This document shows positions 28,406-41,290 of a stretch of DNA of 64,000 nt, piece by piece. How positions within the stretch are numbered: position 1 is the first letter of the stretch; each line of letters starts with the position of its first letter. The notes under the pieces are model-generated. The model was not told where the DNA came from. It did not search any database and worked only from the letters and a program-made list of their open reading frames with translations. The position numbers and the translations under genes are program-made. The stretch is from Octopus vulgaris (taxonomy: Eukaryota): assembly GCA_951406725.2 (NCBI GenBank), contig OX597837.1, positions 12,276,001-12,340,000 of the forward strand. Direction: 5' to 3'.

Positions 28406-29842
28406 TGTGTGAGTTTTTGAGCTTGTCTTTGTACCCACTACCGCTTGTGTACCGGTGTTGGTTTGTTTACGTCACCGTAACATTAACGGTTCGACAAAAG
28501 AGACCGATAAAATAGATAGTAGGTCTAAAATTAAAATTTGTCCTGGTGTGTTGATTTGTTCGACTAAAACCCTTCAAAGCAGTGCCTCGGTATGGCCACA
28601 GTCAATTTACTGAAACAAGTCAAAGATAGAAAGAGACACAGAAACCTACAAATGCCCAGAACAAAATATTCCTTTGACATTGGACATCACAAGAGAAAAA
28701 AGAAAAAAATGAGGGAAAAAAGTCAAATCCTGTTGGAGAATCCTTATGAAGGAATCGCGTTCATTTGCCGAGAAAATTGCCCATCTCCAAAACATGACAA
28801 CTTCTTTCCTCTTCTCCGACCGATATAGTCTTTCTTAAAATTTGATGCATAAATATACGAGATCTGAAGTTGGATTTGAAGCAAGGTCATTTACTCAACG
28901 ACCTCAGATCACTAGATATACATGTGTTGAGCATCAATAAACCCATGAATTAAACCCATGAATTGCACCAATATCCGACACACCTTAATCAGCCTGGATC
29001 GCGAGACGGGCTGGCGGTGTCATTTCGGACTAGTTAAGTGGTTGTCGGTGGGGTCGGTTGTGAATAATCGACAGTGAAGTTGTCTGAAAAAGGGTGCTAA
29101 GGGAACAAAAATAGTGTCAAAGAAAAATAGATTAGGGAAGAAACAAATTAAAAGAGACAAATAGAAAAGCTATTGCGACTGATATACGTAGCGTCAAGCA
29201 GAGTTGCCGACATTTTTTCATAGTGAAACACGAAAATGTCGCTGTTAGAACGAAGGCACATTCGCAACAAAGCCACAATTCTTACTTAGAGGGATCGATT
29301 CCAAGTAGGGAGAACACAAACATGGTTTAAACAGTAAGCTTGGCAGGAAAGAAACGTGCCTTTAAGCAGTACAAAAACAGCAAAAAATGGAATGTGCAGT
29401 TATGTACAGGTTGACGGAAGAAAAGCAGGACACAAACGGCATTATCGATCGCATTCCAACCTGGAATCCATTTTTGTAATTTTTTCAAGACTTATACACG
29501 TCCTGATACCGTCGGTATCTACATATCGAATTTGAGCGCAATCGGATAGAGGATGCCCGAGATCCTAGAAGACACACACACAGACAGACAGAACCTCATA
29601 TCGATACTTCCGGCATAGTAGACAATGAAGGTTTTGGGCTACTTTGTCGTGTCTGTGCTTGTACTTTTTCTGCCGTAGGACTTTCACAAATTGACAATGT
29701 GGGTCACGCTTTCGACCCTCTTTCCACACATTCTGCAGAGGTTCATTGCACTTGTGTGGTTTATATTCTTTTTCACTGAGTTGGTGTTCAATGCCTGGTC
29801 CTGGGCAGCGATATCTTTTTAGGTCACCCTTGCTGAGCCCTT

Positions 29843-29900
29843 CCTATTATTATTGTTGTTGTTGCTGTGTTGTCGTTGCATTTATTTGTTGTTATCACCA

Positions 29901-29931
<31 letters not shown>

Positions 29932-30058
29932 TATTATTAGTTATTATTATTATTATTATTAGTAGTATTACTATTATTATTATTATTATTATTATACTAT
30001 TATTATTATTATTATTATTATTATTTACTACTACTTATTATTATTATTATTATTATCA

Positions 30059-30091
<33 letters not shown>

Positions 30092-30140
30092 GTAGTAGTA
30101 GTAGTAGTAGTACTATTATTATTACTATTATTATTATTAC

Positions 30141-30185
<45 letters not shown>

Positions 30186-30260
30186 TACTACTACTACTAC
30201 AACTACTACTACTATTATTATTATTATTATTACTATTATTATTATTATTATTATTACTAC

Positions 30261-30316
<56 letters not shown>

Positions 30317-30336
30317 CATCATCATCATCATCATCA
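29843..30336. repeat. Compound (TTA/CTA/TAG/TCA)n microsatellite
   Basis: Directly visible. Confidence 0.95.
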
Positions 30337-30573
30337 TGGTGGCGAATTGGTTGAATGGTTAGCCAGGCAAAATACTTAAAGGTATTTCGTCCGTCGCCAA
30401 CTTCAGTTCAAACTCTGCTGAGGTCGACTTTGCTTTCATCCTTTCTGGGTCGATAACTAAAGTACCAGTGGAGTACTAGGGTCGATGTAATCGACTTTAT
30501 CCCTCACTCTAAATTTCAGGCATTGCGCCTATAGTAGAAAGGATTATTATTATTATTATTATTATTATTATTG

Positions 30574-31126
30574 AGTGAGAGAGCAGTTCATGCCATCAAA
30601 GTGACACTGGGGTAAAATATACGAAGCCCAATATACCCATCATGACTACCCGTCTGATAAAGGTACACCAGGCACATGCATCACAACCATATGTGCGCGA
30701 CATGGTGATCTCATATCAAGATAAACAGCACATCACCTTGCAGGTGGGGCACAGTTAGAATTTTCTTCAGGTTGAGTAGCCCATCCCGCTCAAAAGATCC
30801 CTGAATAAGGGTTGTTTAAGGATGTTGAAAGAACCACCCATGTTTCCAGAGGTGAATTATTCAAACCCCAAAGAATCCCTCTCAACACATGGCTATGATG
30901 CTCCCCCACTACTTCTGCTCGTGATCAGAGATGCACATATCGTCAGCCACTAAGGGACATGCTCAACTGGTTAAGGTCAAACAACTGACAAGCAAATCTG
31001 TGGTATTGAGCAGAATATTTGCTGTAGCCCATCTTTTATACCAAGACAAAACAATGTACATGATAACGCTTCCAATCAGTTAAGATCAGAAGCCATGAGA
31101 GCCACTGCCTGGTACTGCATCAGGGC
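30574..31126 (-). mobile_element. Unclassified retroposon-like element bounded by (TTA)n on both sides; partial second copy 31264-31460
   Basis: gagagagcagt...tgccatcaaagtgacactggggtaaaatatacgaagccc...catgcatcacaacc occurs twice, each time abutting TTA repeats. Confidence 0.55.
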
Positions 31127-31155
31127 ATTTATTATTATCATCATCATCATCATCA

Positions 31156-31205
<50 letters not shown>

Positions 31206-31697
31206 ATTATCATTATTATTATTATCATTATTATTATTATGATTGTTATTATTATTACTAGTATTGACTGAGAGAGCAGTGTATGCCATCAAAGTAACAC
31301 TAGGGTAAAATATACGAAGCCCAGTACACCCATCATGATTACTCGTCTGATAAGGGTGCACCAGGCACATGCATCACAACCACATGTGTGCGATATGGTG
31401 ATCTCATATCAAGATTAACAGTGAATGACCTTGCAGGCGGGACCCAGTTAGAATTTTCCTTTGGTCCATCATATAAAAGAAAAAGTATTCCGTCGTTGCT
31501 CATGAAGAAAGCGATATGGTTTAGTGATGTGCTTAATGTGTTATTTTCGATTCCAGATTGATCAACAAGCTGCCAGAAGGAAACTCTAAATTCATCAAAA
31601 CGAAGAGACAATACTTTATTCATTTTAATTTGAATATCGGAAGTCACAAACAGTTCGAAAATCCACGAATCCAGCATAAAGAAAAAAGTCAAAAAAT

Positions 31698-33179
31698 ATG
31701 TCGAAGTTTAACGAATTTATCAACTATTATGGTTCATGTCGATGGCGGCTGTGTTATGTCAGCTTTTTCGCTTTGCTTCTCATGCAGACTTTACGTGTAG
31801 ACCTGAGTATGTCGTTAGTTTGCATGTTAAAAACACCCAATCGTACAATTGATGAAGTCAACCTTACTCGAAATAACGAACACTGTTCTCGTTCAGACAA
31901 TCGCACATCAAATGGAGAGGATTTTGAAGGAGAGTTCGAATGGAGTAACATTCTGCAATCAAACATGCTGGCTGGATACTTTTATGGATACACAATTACT
32001 AACCTTCTTGGCGGTGTATTAGCTGACAAATATGGTGGAAAGAGAGTTATGGGGGTTTCCATATTCTCAGCTTCTCTCCTGACCCTTCTTCACCCAAGTC
32101 TAACTCGAATAAGTGGTTATTTTACTCTCGTATTAAGGACACTTACAGGTCTGGTTTCAGGGCCCATGTTTCCTGCAGTGCAGTCCTTGTGGGGTCGATG
32201 GGCTCCACCTAGTGAAAGTAGTACTTTGATAGGGATTTCATTTGCCGGTCAGATATTAGGTAGCATTGTAGGTCTGTCAGCTTCCGGTTTCCTTTGTGTT
32301 TATGGCTTTGATAATGGATGGGGTTCTATATTTTATATATTTGGTGGATTATCGTTGGTGTTTAGCTTTGTGTGGATTTATGTTGTTTATGATAATCCAA
32401 ACGTTCATCCAACTATAAGCGAAAAAGAACGTTCCTATTTAAACAAAACAATAAAATGTAAAAGTAAAGTTAAGAACGTGCCTTGGAAAAGCATCATGTC
32501 CTCTACAGCCGTTTGGGCCATCATCATGGCGCATACACTAATTAACTGGACCGTTATTTCTTTTCAAGTGATTCTTCCTTTGTATATGAAGGAAGCGTTA
32601 AATATTGATACGAAATCAAACGGTTTAATGTCTTCAGCTCCGTTTATTGGGCAAATAATTGCTATACCATTTTGTGGAAGATTCGCAGACTTCTTGCGTT
32701 CAAACAATTATCTTTCAACACGATCCGTTCGAGTTCTTTTCCAGTCAGTTTCTTACATTGGTTCAGCGTCTCTGATTACCGTAATCGGGTTCCTTAATTG
32801 CAATCACACGACATTGGCCGGAATTCTTTTCTTTATTACTGGAACCAGCTTAACATTCTATTATGCAGGCCTGAGTGTAAATCATGTTGACATTGCTCCT
32901 ATATACGCTGGTATATTGTACGGAATTACCAATACTTTCGCATCGTTACCTGGCTTTGTGGTTCCTTTAACTACAAAAGCACTGACACCAAATGGAACAC
33001 AGCAAGAATGGCAAGTAGTATTATCATTGTGTGCCATATTTTCTGTGTGTGGGACAATAATCTATGCAATATTCGCGCGTGGGGATGTACAAGATTGGGC
33101 TAAATCTGATGAAAAATCGATTAAAAATTCTTCAAACGAGGAAGAAACTATAAATCTAAATGAGGTAAAACAAGGATAA
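31698..33179 (+). CDS. SLC17/sialin-like MFS transporter, 493 aa (paralog 3)
   Basis: Intact ORF with LRVDLSMSLVCM, GGVLADKYGGKR, WAPPSE, NHVDIAPIYAGILYGITNT and GDVQDWA. Confidence 0.95.
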   Translation: MSKFNEFINYYGSCRWRLCYVSFFALLLMQTLRVDLSMSLVCMLKTPNRTIDEVNLTRNNEHCSRSDNRTSNGEDFEGEFEWSNILQSNMLAGYFYGYTITNLLGGVLADKYGGKRVMGVSIFSASLLTLLHPSLTRISGYFTLVLRTLTGLVSGPMFPAVQSLWGRWAPPSESSTLIGISFAGQILGSIVGLSASGFLCVYGFDNGWGSIFYIFGGLSLVFSFVWIYVVYDNPNVHPTISEKERSYLNKTIKCKSKVKNVPWKSIMSSTAVWAIIMAHTLINWTVISFQVILPLYMKEALNIDTKSNGLMSSAPFIGQIIAIPFCGRFADFLRSNNYLSTRSVRVLFQSVSYIGSASLITVIGFLNCNHTTLAGILFFITGTSLTFYYAGLSVNHVDIAPIYAGILYGITNTFASLPGFVVPLTTKALTPNGTQQEWQVVLSLCAIFSVCGTIIYAIFARGDVQDWAKSDEKSIKNSSNEEETINLNEVKQG

Positions 33180-33242
33180 AACTCGCGCACGCACGCACAC
33201 ACACACACACACATACACACACATACACACACATATATATAT

Positions 33243-33301
<59 letters not shown>

Positions 33302-33591
33302 CACAGAGGTATACACACGTACAAACACAGACATATATACATCATTCCCGTTGTAAAAAATAAACTTTCGTGGGAATGTGAAATAATTCTCCGTTGAAAC
33401 AGTGGCCATCGAAGCACATCACAGAAGGCTACAAAATCATAGCACGTAAATAATGGGTCGGAAAAAAACCCCTTTTGAATAGAAAAGTCGAAAGGTGCCC
33501 TCAACATATCCAATCCCAAAACAGTTTTTCAGCCCAATGTTTTCATGCTGTTTCGTTATGTACCGCGAGACACAATGTTTCCAAAAACGAT

Positions 33592-33643
<52 letters not shown>

Positions 33644-33654
33644 ACAGACACACA

Positions 33655-33723
<69 letters not shown>

Positions 33724-33744
33724 ACACACACACACAGACACACA

Positions 33745-33813
<69 letters not shown>

Positions 33814-33816
<3 letters not shown>

Positions 33817-34115
33817 TGGTTTAATGTTTTCTGTTGCATTTATTGAACAAATCATTACTGCCTCATCTTGTGTCAAAGCCACAGGCATTTTCCGTTCAAA
33901 GAATTATTTTTACAACGCGTTCTGTTCGTGTTCTTCTTTTCCAATGAGTTTCTTATGTTGGTTCAGCGTCTCTGATGATCGCAATCGGATTGCTTAATTG
34001 CTTCCAATCTATTCTGGCCGGAATTCGTTTCTTTATCACTGGAATCAGCTTAACATTCTATGCTGTGGTTTTCATTGTTAATCATGCTGATATCTCGATA
34101 TCCAAGATACTCTGC
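33814..34115 (+). pseudogene. Old SLC17 pseudogene fragment (TM8-TM10 region)
   Basis: aaatggtttaatgttttct...ttccgttcaaagaattat...gtttcttatgttggttcagcgtctctgatgatcgcaatcgg...ctggccggaattc...aatcatgctgatat aligns to ~32619-32900 with frameshifts. The start reads NGLMFSVAFIEQII versus NGLMSSAPFIGQII. Confidence 0.85.
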
Positions 34116-34329
34116 CAGCATTAATTCTTCCTGTATAGATGGCAACACAATTTTTTCTTCTTCCACTCTCCCTTCTTTCTTTCCTTCTCTTTTCAATTGA
34201 CACTCCCTTCAGATACACAGACACGCACACAACACACACACAAACAAAACAAGACATACACACTCTCTCTGAAACGAAATCCAGACAATTTTTTTAAAAA
34301 ACAAGAACCCCTTGGAGTAGCCACCTGAT

Positions 34330-35004
34330 TTTACCATATTTAAAAGACAAGAACCACTTTCTATTGAAAGAACTGACCAGCTGTATAGAAGTAAACACAT
34401 TTTTCTTCTTTCTCTCTTCCTCCTTCCTTTCCTTCTCTTTTCCATTGACACTCCTTTCAGATACAAAGGCACACACACACACAGAGGCACACACTCTCTC
34501 TCACTTTCTCCCCGTTCCTCATCCTCTCTTACTATCCTATATCACTCTCCACCCCTACACACTCAATAATACTAAAAAAAAGAGAAAAATCCCCTGAAAA
34601 ATTCATCTGAAGATTCCACTAGAGTGGATGCAAGCGCTAATATATGATTTGTAAAAACATGTGACATATTAATAAAAATCTCTATATATAAAACCATCCA
34701 GATTTCTGAGTACCTTATTTCTTCTAATATATGCGTGTGTGTGCGTGTGTGTGCGTGTGACCGCGTGTGTGCCGTTGGCGATTTTTTTTCTCCGTCTTCC
34801 CTTCCTTGGATCTTTCCTTTTCCTATGTTTCTGACGAAGAGCTCCGCTCGAAACGTTAAGTCCTCCTTCTTTCTTTCCTTTCCTGATCGTCCAATAACAC
34901 TATACTTGTTCCATGTCCTCGCGTTGTGTTTTCTTGTGTTTTTCATGTTTGGACTAACTATATATATATATATATATATATGTATACATATGTGTGTGTG
35001 TGTG

Positions 35005-35080
<76 letters not shown>
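34330..35080 (+). repeat. Segmental duplicate (pair of 27630-28400)
   Basis: See 27630-28400; a further partial copy lies at ~34146-34270. Confidence 0.9.
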
Positions 35081-35083
<3 letters not shown>

Positions 35084-35318
35084 CATCAAATGTAGAATAA
35101 AAGTTTTTCGAAAAACAATTCTATCAATGGCCAGCATGTTAAAAAATATCTTTAAAGGTTAAATTTATAAACAATTTATAAGTAAGGGCAAATGAAAAAA
35201 ATTCTAATGCCAAAATATGCCGAAAATAGACAACGTCAATAACCATGTAATTTATCACTAACAGGCACACATTTCGAAGCAAGCCGATAGAAATTTCTAA
35301 AAAAATCCCGTTATTACC

Positions 35319-35373
35319 ATATCGGACCGATTTCAGAGTTAGTTCACAAGAACCTTCCCTTCATCAGTGATAA
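35319..35373 (-). ncRNA. Type I hammerhead-ribozyme-like motif in a Penelope-like repeat
   Basis: RC: ttatca-CTGATGA-aggg-aa-ggttc-ttgt-gaact-aa-ctct-GAAA-tcgg-TC-cgata. The core is intact, stem II is extended, stem III is near-palindromic, the cleavage triplet is GUC, and stem I has one mismatch. Confidence 0.6.
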
Positions 35374-36694
35374 ATGCGGTAAAAGAAATAAGTGAAATAC
35401 TTACTCATACCCATGGGAGAAGCGAGCACCAAACCATGATCACAATTAAGTACTCCATCTGCCGCTACGTTCTGAGTTCAAATTCTGCCGAGGTCGACTT
35501 TGCCTTTCATCCTTTCGGGGTCGATAAATTAAGTACCAGTTACGCAGTGGGGTCGATGTAATCGACTTAATCCGTTTGTCTGTCCTTGTTTGTCCTCTCT
35601 GTGCTTAGCCCCTTGTGGGTAGTAAAGAAATAGGTATTTCGTCTGCAGCTACGTTCTGAGTTCAAACTCCGCCAAGGTCGACTTTGCCTTTCATCATAAT
35701 CGATTTAATCCGTTTGTCTGTCCTTGTTCGTCCCCTCTATGTTTTGTCCCTTGTGGGCAATAAAGAAATAAAATATTTAAAAAATGAAGCAGAAAGTCTT
35801 AGTCGGTGCGTTATATATTTATTGCCGATGTTGGTACGCTTCCAAATAACTAGAGAAGAATTATTATTTCGTAAATTTCTCATTTTATTTTCATACATGT
35901 GTTTATTTCTACCGTCCGTAAAAAAGTTGTTTAGTTTCGATTTACCTTTTTTTTTCTTTGAGTGTCATTTTATAGGAGAGATAAGATGATCTTCATGTCT
36001 TCTACGATTGCCATTTCGACTACAATTAAATATCGGGTTGCTAATTGCTTCAACTTCGAAAAGAAAACAAAAATGAATGTTTGAACTTTATAAATGGATA
36101 ACTGTGACATTTTATATGCACTTATTTCGCGTCATCATATCAAGCAATCTACTTCAGTTACGTGTTATTCTTAGAATCCTAGTTTCGGATCATACTGTTA
36201 CATGCACTAAAATATAACTCTTATTTCTATATTCTGCAAATATCCATCTTCTCTGCCCACTCTTTCTACGGAGGTCGTGGGCATCAAAATCTTCAGGCAT
36301 CTTCTCCATAGAATCCTCTTAGAAGCAACTGTCATTACACATTCCAACTGGATTATCAAGCACGACCAATCGAAACTATGGACAGTATCCAACCATTTCG
36401 TTCCCGGTCTACTCCTAGGTCTCCTACATGTTGACTCGGCTTGAAGGAAGAATTCGTCTTATGATTCTTCCCTGTCACATTCTTGTCACATGTCCATCGT
36501 TCCGGACCTCTCCATGCGGAGATGTAACGCGGTTCAAACTGGAGAGGCATCTTGATATTCGAGTTACGTAACCTCCGTCCCCCCTCGGTACCGTTACTTC
36601 AGAAATCTTTCAGAAGGATGCCATTCCAGCCTTTTGTATTCGCGATCGTAATCTTTATTGAATTTTTCTGTAATACATTAAATACATATGTATA

Positions 36695-36751
<57 letters not shown>

Positions 36752-36916
36752 TTAAAAATAGGATAAAATCTTTATAAGAAATTAGGTGATATGTAACTAA
36801 ATTCTGTTTTTAAATGACTCGCTTTGAAGTTTTGCATTCGGTACAATTTTGTAGTTTTGACTGCAAAAGTCCATCCTAGCGTGCGGTACCTCGGTACCTA
36901 TGAATAATAGTACCCT

Positions 36917-37008
<92 letters not shown>

Positions 37009-37488
37009 CTGAAAGCTGAAATGCGAAACGTTTGTGTTTCATTTTGGAATTGGAACGGGTTTAAGGGGCACTAGATGGGGTCGGATTTGTTCCGACATAT
37101 CCGAGTGTATGTGCATGTATGCGTAGACATATATATGTAAATATGTGTGTTTGTATGTATATGTACACGCATGTGTGAGTATACATACAGATATATTTAT
37201 ACATACATGTGTGCGTGTCTACGTACATGTATGAGTGTGTATATGTATGCATATGCGGATTCTATGAACGAAGTATTACTTTCACCATGCCTATTGGAGT
37301 AATTTCCCTTTATTTTTTCCATAGACTTTTGTCTTAATATAACTGATGAAATGCCGGAGCAGTTTTCAACCCCGGGATCCGGAACTGAGTTTTATTATGG
37401 CAACCAACTAATTTTCACATATTATATTTATAGATAGATTCTTATATTTTACATACTATCGAGGCCTCATTCATTCTTTTATTCTATA

Positions 37489-37575
<87 letters not shown>

Positions 37576-37585
37576 ATATATAATG

Positions 37586-37616
<31 letters not shown>

Positions 37617-37722
37617 GTGTGTATGTATGTATATATATATGTGTATATATATATATGTATATATATGTATGCATAAGTATATATATATGCATATATATAT
37701 ATATAATATATACATATGATAT

Positions 37723-37767
<45 letters not shown>

Positions 37768-38052
37768 CATACATATATATACAAATGTCGTTATGTATAT
37801 ATACTATTCACCAATATGTCGGCCGTATTACATATAACATTAATCATCTTCATATACCACAAACACACGTCTGTTACGCTGAACTGTTGTTTATTTTTGC
37901 CTTTGTATCGCATGTTTTTATTGTTCGAATCCCAATATTCTTGTTGTTAATTTGAATAACAAATTAATCTTAATCATACGTACCAGCTGGTCTTCAGAAT
38001 TTCGATTAAAATAATTGATGAGTATGAATAATTATACGTATATTAGGTTATT

Positions 38053-38165
38053 GCAATTATCTCACTTTCGAAGCTGTATAGTGGTTTGCTCTTTACAAAA
38101 TAGAACTCCCCCTTCCTTCACTTCAATCGTGATCAATGAAGCAGGGATGGGATATAAACTATGTG
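38053..38165 (+). promoter_or_regulatory. Conserved non-coding module upstream of paralog 4 (candidate promoter/first exon)
   Basis: gcaattatctc...tctttacaaaat...tcacttcaatcgtgatcaa...gatataaactatg aligns by eye with 42755-42852 and 63396-63475. Confidence 0.5.
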
Positions 38166-38981
38166 TGAACCGGCTCTTTCGGAATTTCTATGGTAGCTAA
38201 AGAAACGTATTTAGGCCTATTAGGACTTCCTAACGAATTTTAGACTAAAAAGATTTACCAGAACTTTCGCATAGATGACTGAGAGATTAAAGATTTGGGG
38301 GGAATAACATCGAATGATTAGTGAATTTTATGACTGGGAGGCGAAGAGATTTTAGTTCGTCCCGTAAAAATGTTCTTTTATGTAGATTAGTAAAAAGAGG
38401 AAAAGATATCACCCAAGTTTTCATAAGGTGACGGGAAGGATATGATATCCACAGACCTGAGGGCTGCATATCTGCAACGTAGTGGACCCTTTACAGTCAA
38501 CTGAAAAGCTGAACAGATAAATTAAGTGACAATATAAAGAAGTATGTAGATCGATGGATAAAATATTGTAAATTTTGTAAAGTACGGAATTTGTATTTTG
38601 TCATGTTTATATAAATAAAAACAAGTTAATAATTTTCTCTAAGAAAACCATAAAATTATTTATTAATAATGCTACACATTTTTTTTTCTTTTAAAATTAC
38701 AGATTGACCAGCACACAAAAAACAAAATAACTTCAAGTCTTGAAAATTTTCTGCTATAATACTACCCAATCGACAAAACTTACCGAGAATATATTTTCTA
38801 TTATCTGAATGTCGTGATGTTGCACGCAGTCACCCGTCATTTTATGGTTCAAATCTTTTGAGACAATTACGGAATGTATGATATTGATAGTGTATGAGAT
38901 TTTGCTGTGTATAAGCCTTACTGAAGGAGAAGCGAAAAAACTAAAAAAACTTCGAGAATACAGTTTAAACGCGCAGAGAAA

Positions 38982-40460
38982 ATGTCGAGGTTGAACGAAT
39001 TTGTCAGCCATTATTGTTCATGTCGATGGCGGCTGTGCTTTGCCAGCTTTTTCGCTTTGCTTCTCATGCAGACTTTACGTGTAGACCTTAGTATGTCGTT
39101 AGTTTGCATGTTAAAAACACCCAATCGTACAATTGATGAAGTCAACCTTACTCGAAATAACGAACACTGTTCTCGTTTAGACAATCGTACATCAAATGGA
39201 GAGGATTTTGAAGGAGAGTTCGAATGGAGCAACATTCTGCAATCAAACATGCTGGCTGGATACTTTTATGGATACATTATTACTAACCTTCTTGGCGGTG
39301 TATTAGCTGACAAATATGGTGGAAAGAGAGTTATGGGGGCTTCCATATTCTCAGCTTCCCTCCTGGCCATTCTTCACCCAAGTCTAACACGAATAAGTGG
39401 TTATTTTACTCTTGTATTAAGGATTCTTACAGGGTTGGTCTCAGGTCCCATGTGCCCTTGTGTCCAATCCCTATGGGGGAGGTGGGCTCCACCTAGTGAA
39501 AGTAGTATTTTGATAGGGTTTTCAATGGGAGGTTTAGTAGTCGGGAGCGTTGTAGGACTGTCAACGTCCGGTTTCCTTTGCGTTTATGGCTTTGATAATG
39601 GATGGGGTTCTATATTTTATGTATTTGGTGGATTATCGATGGTGTTTAGCTTTATGTGGATTTATGTTGTTTATGATAATCCAAACGTCCATCCTACTAT
39701 CAGCGAAAAAGAACGTTCCTACTTAAACAAAACAATAACATGTAAAAGTAAAGTTAAGAACGTGCCTTGGAAAAGCATCATGACTTCTACAGCCGTTTGG
39801 GCCATCATTATGGCGCATACATTTATCAACTGGACTACTTTTTCTTTTCAAGTGATTCTGCCTTTGTATATGAAAGAAGCGTTAAATATTGATACGAAAT
39901 CAAACGGTTTAATGTCTTCAGCTCCGTTTATTGGACAAATGATTGCTATACCATTTTGTGGAAGATTCGCAGACTTCTTGCGTTCAAACAATTATCTTTC
40001 AACACGATCCGTTCGAGTTCTTTTCCAGTCAGTTTCTTACATTGGTTCAGCGTCTCTGATTATCGTAATCGGATTCCTTAATTGCAACCACACGACATTG
40101 GCCGGAATTCTTTTCTTTTTCACCGGTGCCAGCCTAACTTTCTATGTTGGGGGCTTCATTGTGAATCATGTTGACATCGCTCCTAAATACGCTGGTATAT
40201 TGTACGGAATTACAAATACTTTCGGGGCGTTGCCTGGCTTTCTGGCTCCTTTAACCACAAGAGCATTGACACCGAATGGAACACGGCAAGAATGGCAGAT
40301 AGCTTTATCATTGTGTGCCATATTTTCTGTGTGTGGGACAATAATTTATGCGATTTTTGCGCGTGGGGATGTACAAGATTGGGCTAAATCTGATGAAAAA
40401 TCGATTAAAAATTCTTCAAACGAGGAAGAAACTATAAATCTAAAGGAGGTGATACAATAA
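38982..40460 (+). CDS. SLC17/sialin-like MFS transporter, 492 aa (paralog 4)
   Basis: Intact ORF with the same motifs as paralog 3. Confidence 0.95.
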   Translation: MSRLNEFVSHYCSCRWRLCFASFFALLLMQTLRVDLSMSLVCMLKTPNRTIDEVNLTRNNEHCSRLDNRTSNGEDFEGEFEWSNILQSNMLAGYFYGYIITNLLGGVLADKYGGKRVMGASIFSASLLAILHPSLTRISGYFTLVLRILTGLVSGPMCPCVQSLWGRWAPPSESSILIGFSMGGLVVGSVVGLSTSGFLCVYGFDNGWGSIFYVFGGLSMVFSFMWIYVVYDNPNVHPTISEKERSYLNKTITCKSKVKNVPWKSIMTSTAVWAIIMAHTFINWTTFSFQVILPLYMKEALNIDTKSNGLMSSAPFIGQMIAIPFCGRFADFLRSNNYLSTRSVRVLFQSVSYIGSASLIIVIGFLNCNHTTLAGILFFFTGASLTFYVGGFIVNHVDIAPKYAGILYGITNTFGALPGFLAPLTTRALTPNGTRQEWQIALSLCAIFSVCGTIIYAIFARGDVQDWAKSDEKSIKNSSNEEETINLKEVIQ

Positions 40461-40952
40461 TATTTGTCATGTTTCCGTTAATAAGAAACAACAATTCTTT
40501 GAGGGTTTCAAGGATTTTAGTATAACTATTGGTGTGGTTTTTATTAAAGGAATAATTTCTTTTATTTTTGCTACAGGCACAAAGCCTGAAATTTTGGGTT
40601 AAGGGGCTAGTCGATATTGCCTAGTCTTCAACTGGTACTTATTTTATCGATCCTGAAATGAAATAAAAATGGGAAGTCGACCTCAGCGGAGTTGAAACTC
40701 CAAATATACGAAGTTGTAATAATAATAATGGGTTTCAAAGTTTGGCACAAGACCAGCGGTTTTGGGGAGGGGGTTAGTCGATTACATTGACCCCAGTGTT
40801 CAACTGGTATTTATTTTATCAACCCCGGAAAGAGGAAAAGCAAACACGAATTCGGCCGAATTTGAACTCTGAACGTAAAGACAGACGAAAGGTCGCTAAT
40901 AATTTTGCCTGGAGTGCTAACTATTCTACCAGCACGCAATGATAGTAATATC

Positions 40953-41290
40953 CAAATCTGATTGCAAATTCAAAAGCCTCATTTGAAATTCGTCATAAGT
41001 GGTGGCCACATCTATCTCCATAGAGGCTGAAAATAACTTTTTCATCAAGAGCAAGGAATCCTTGATGTCATCAAAACGGCATTCAAATTCGTCAGTCAAG
41101 TCAATAATGAATCTTTTGTACTTATTGTATGGTCCGTTGTCCTTGTATTTAGAAATTGAGGGGAAATGGGTCGCAGTGCCACGTGCAATTTAGTCTTCTA
41201 AAGGCGAAACTTTGCAATGAAAACATTATGGCGTTTGGAAGACACTGCTGTACAATTCATAGCAGAGCTTGTCCTCACCTTTTAGGGCAC
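40953..41290 (-). mobile_element. hAT (SPIN/Charlie/GTF2IRD2-like) transposase fragment
   Basis: Minus-strand broken translation LKGEDKLCYELYS...FIAKFRL*...THFPSISKY...IIDLTDEFECRFDDI...LFS...FQMRLLNLQSD follows the LQG..AKL.LW..HFP..EF..RF.D..Q.E..LQ pattern of this group. Confidence 0.7.
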
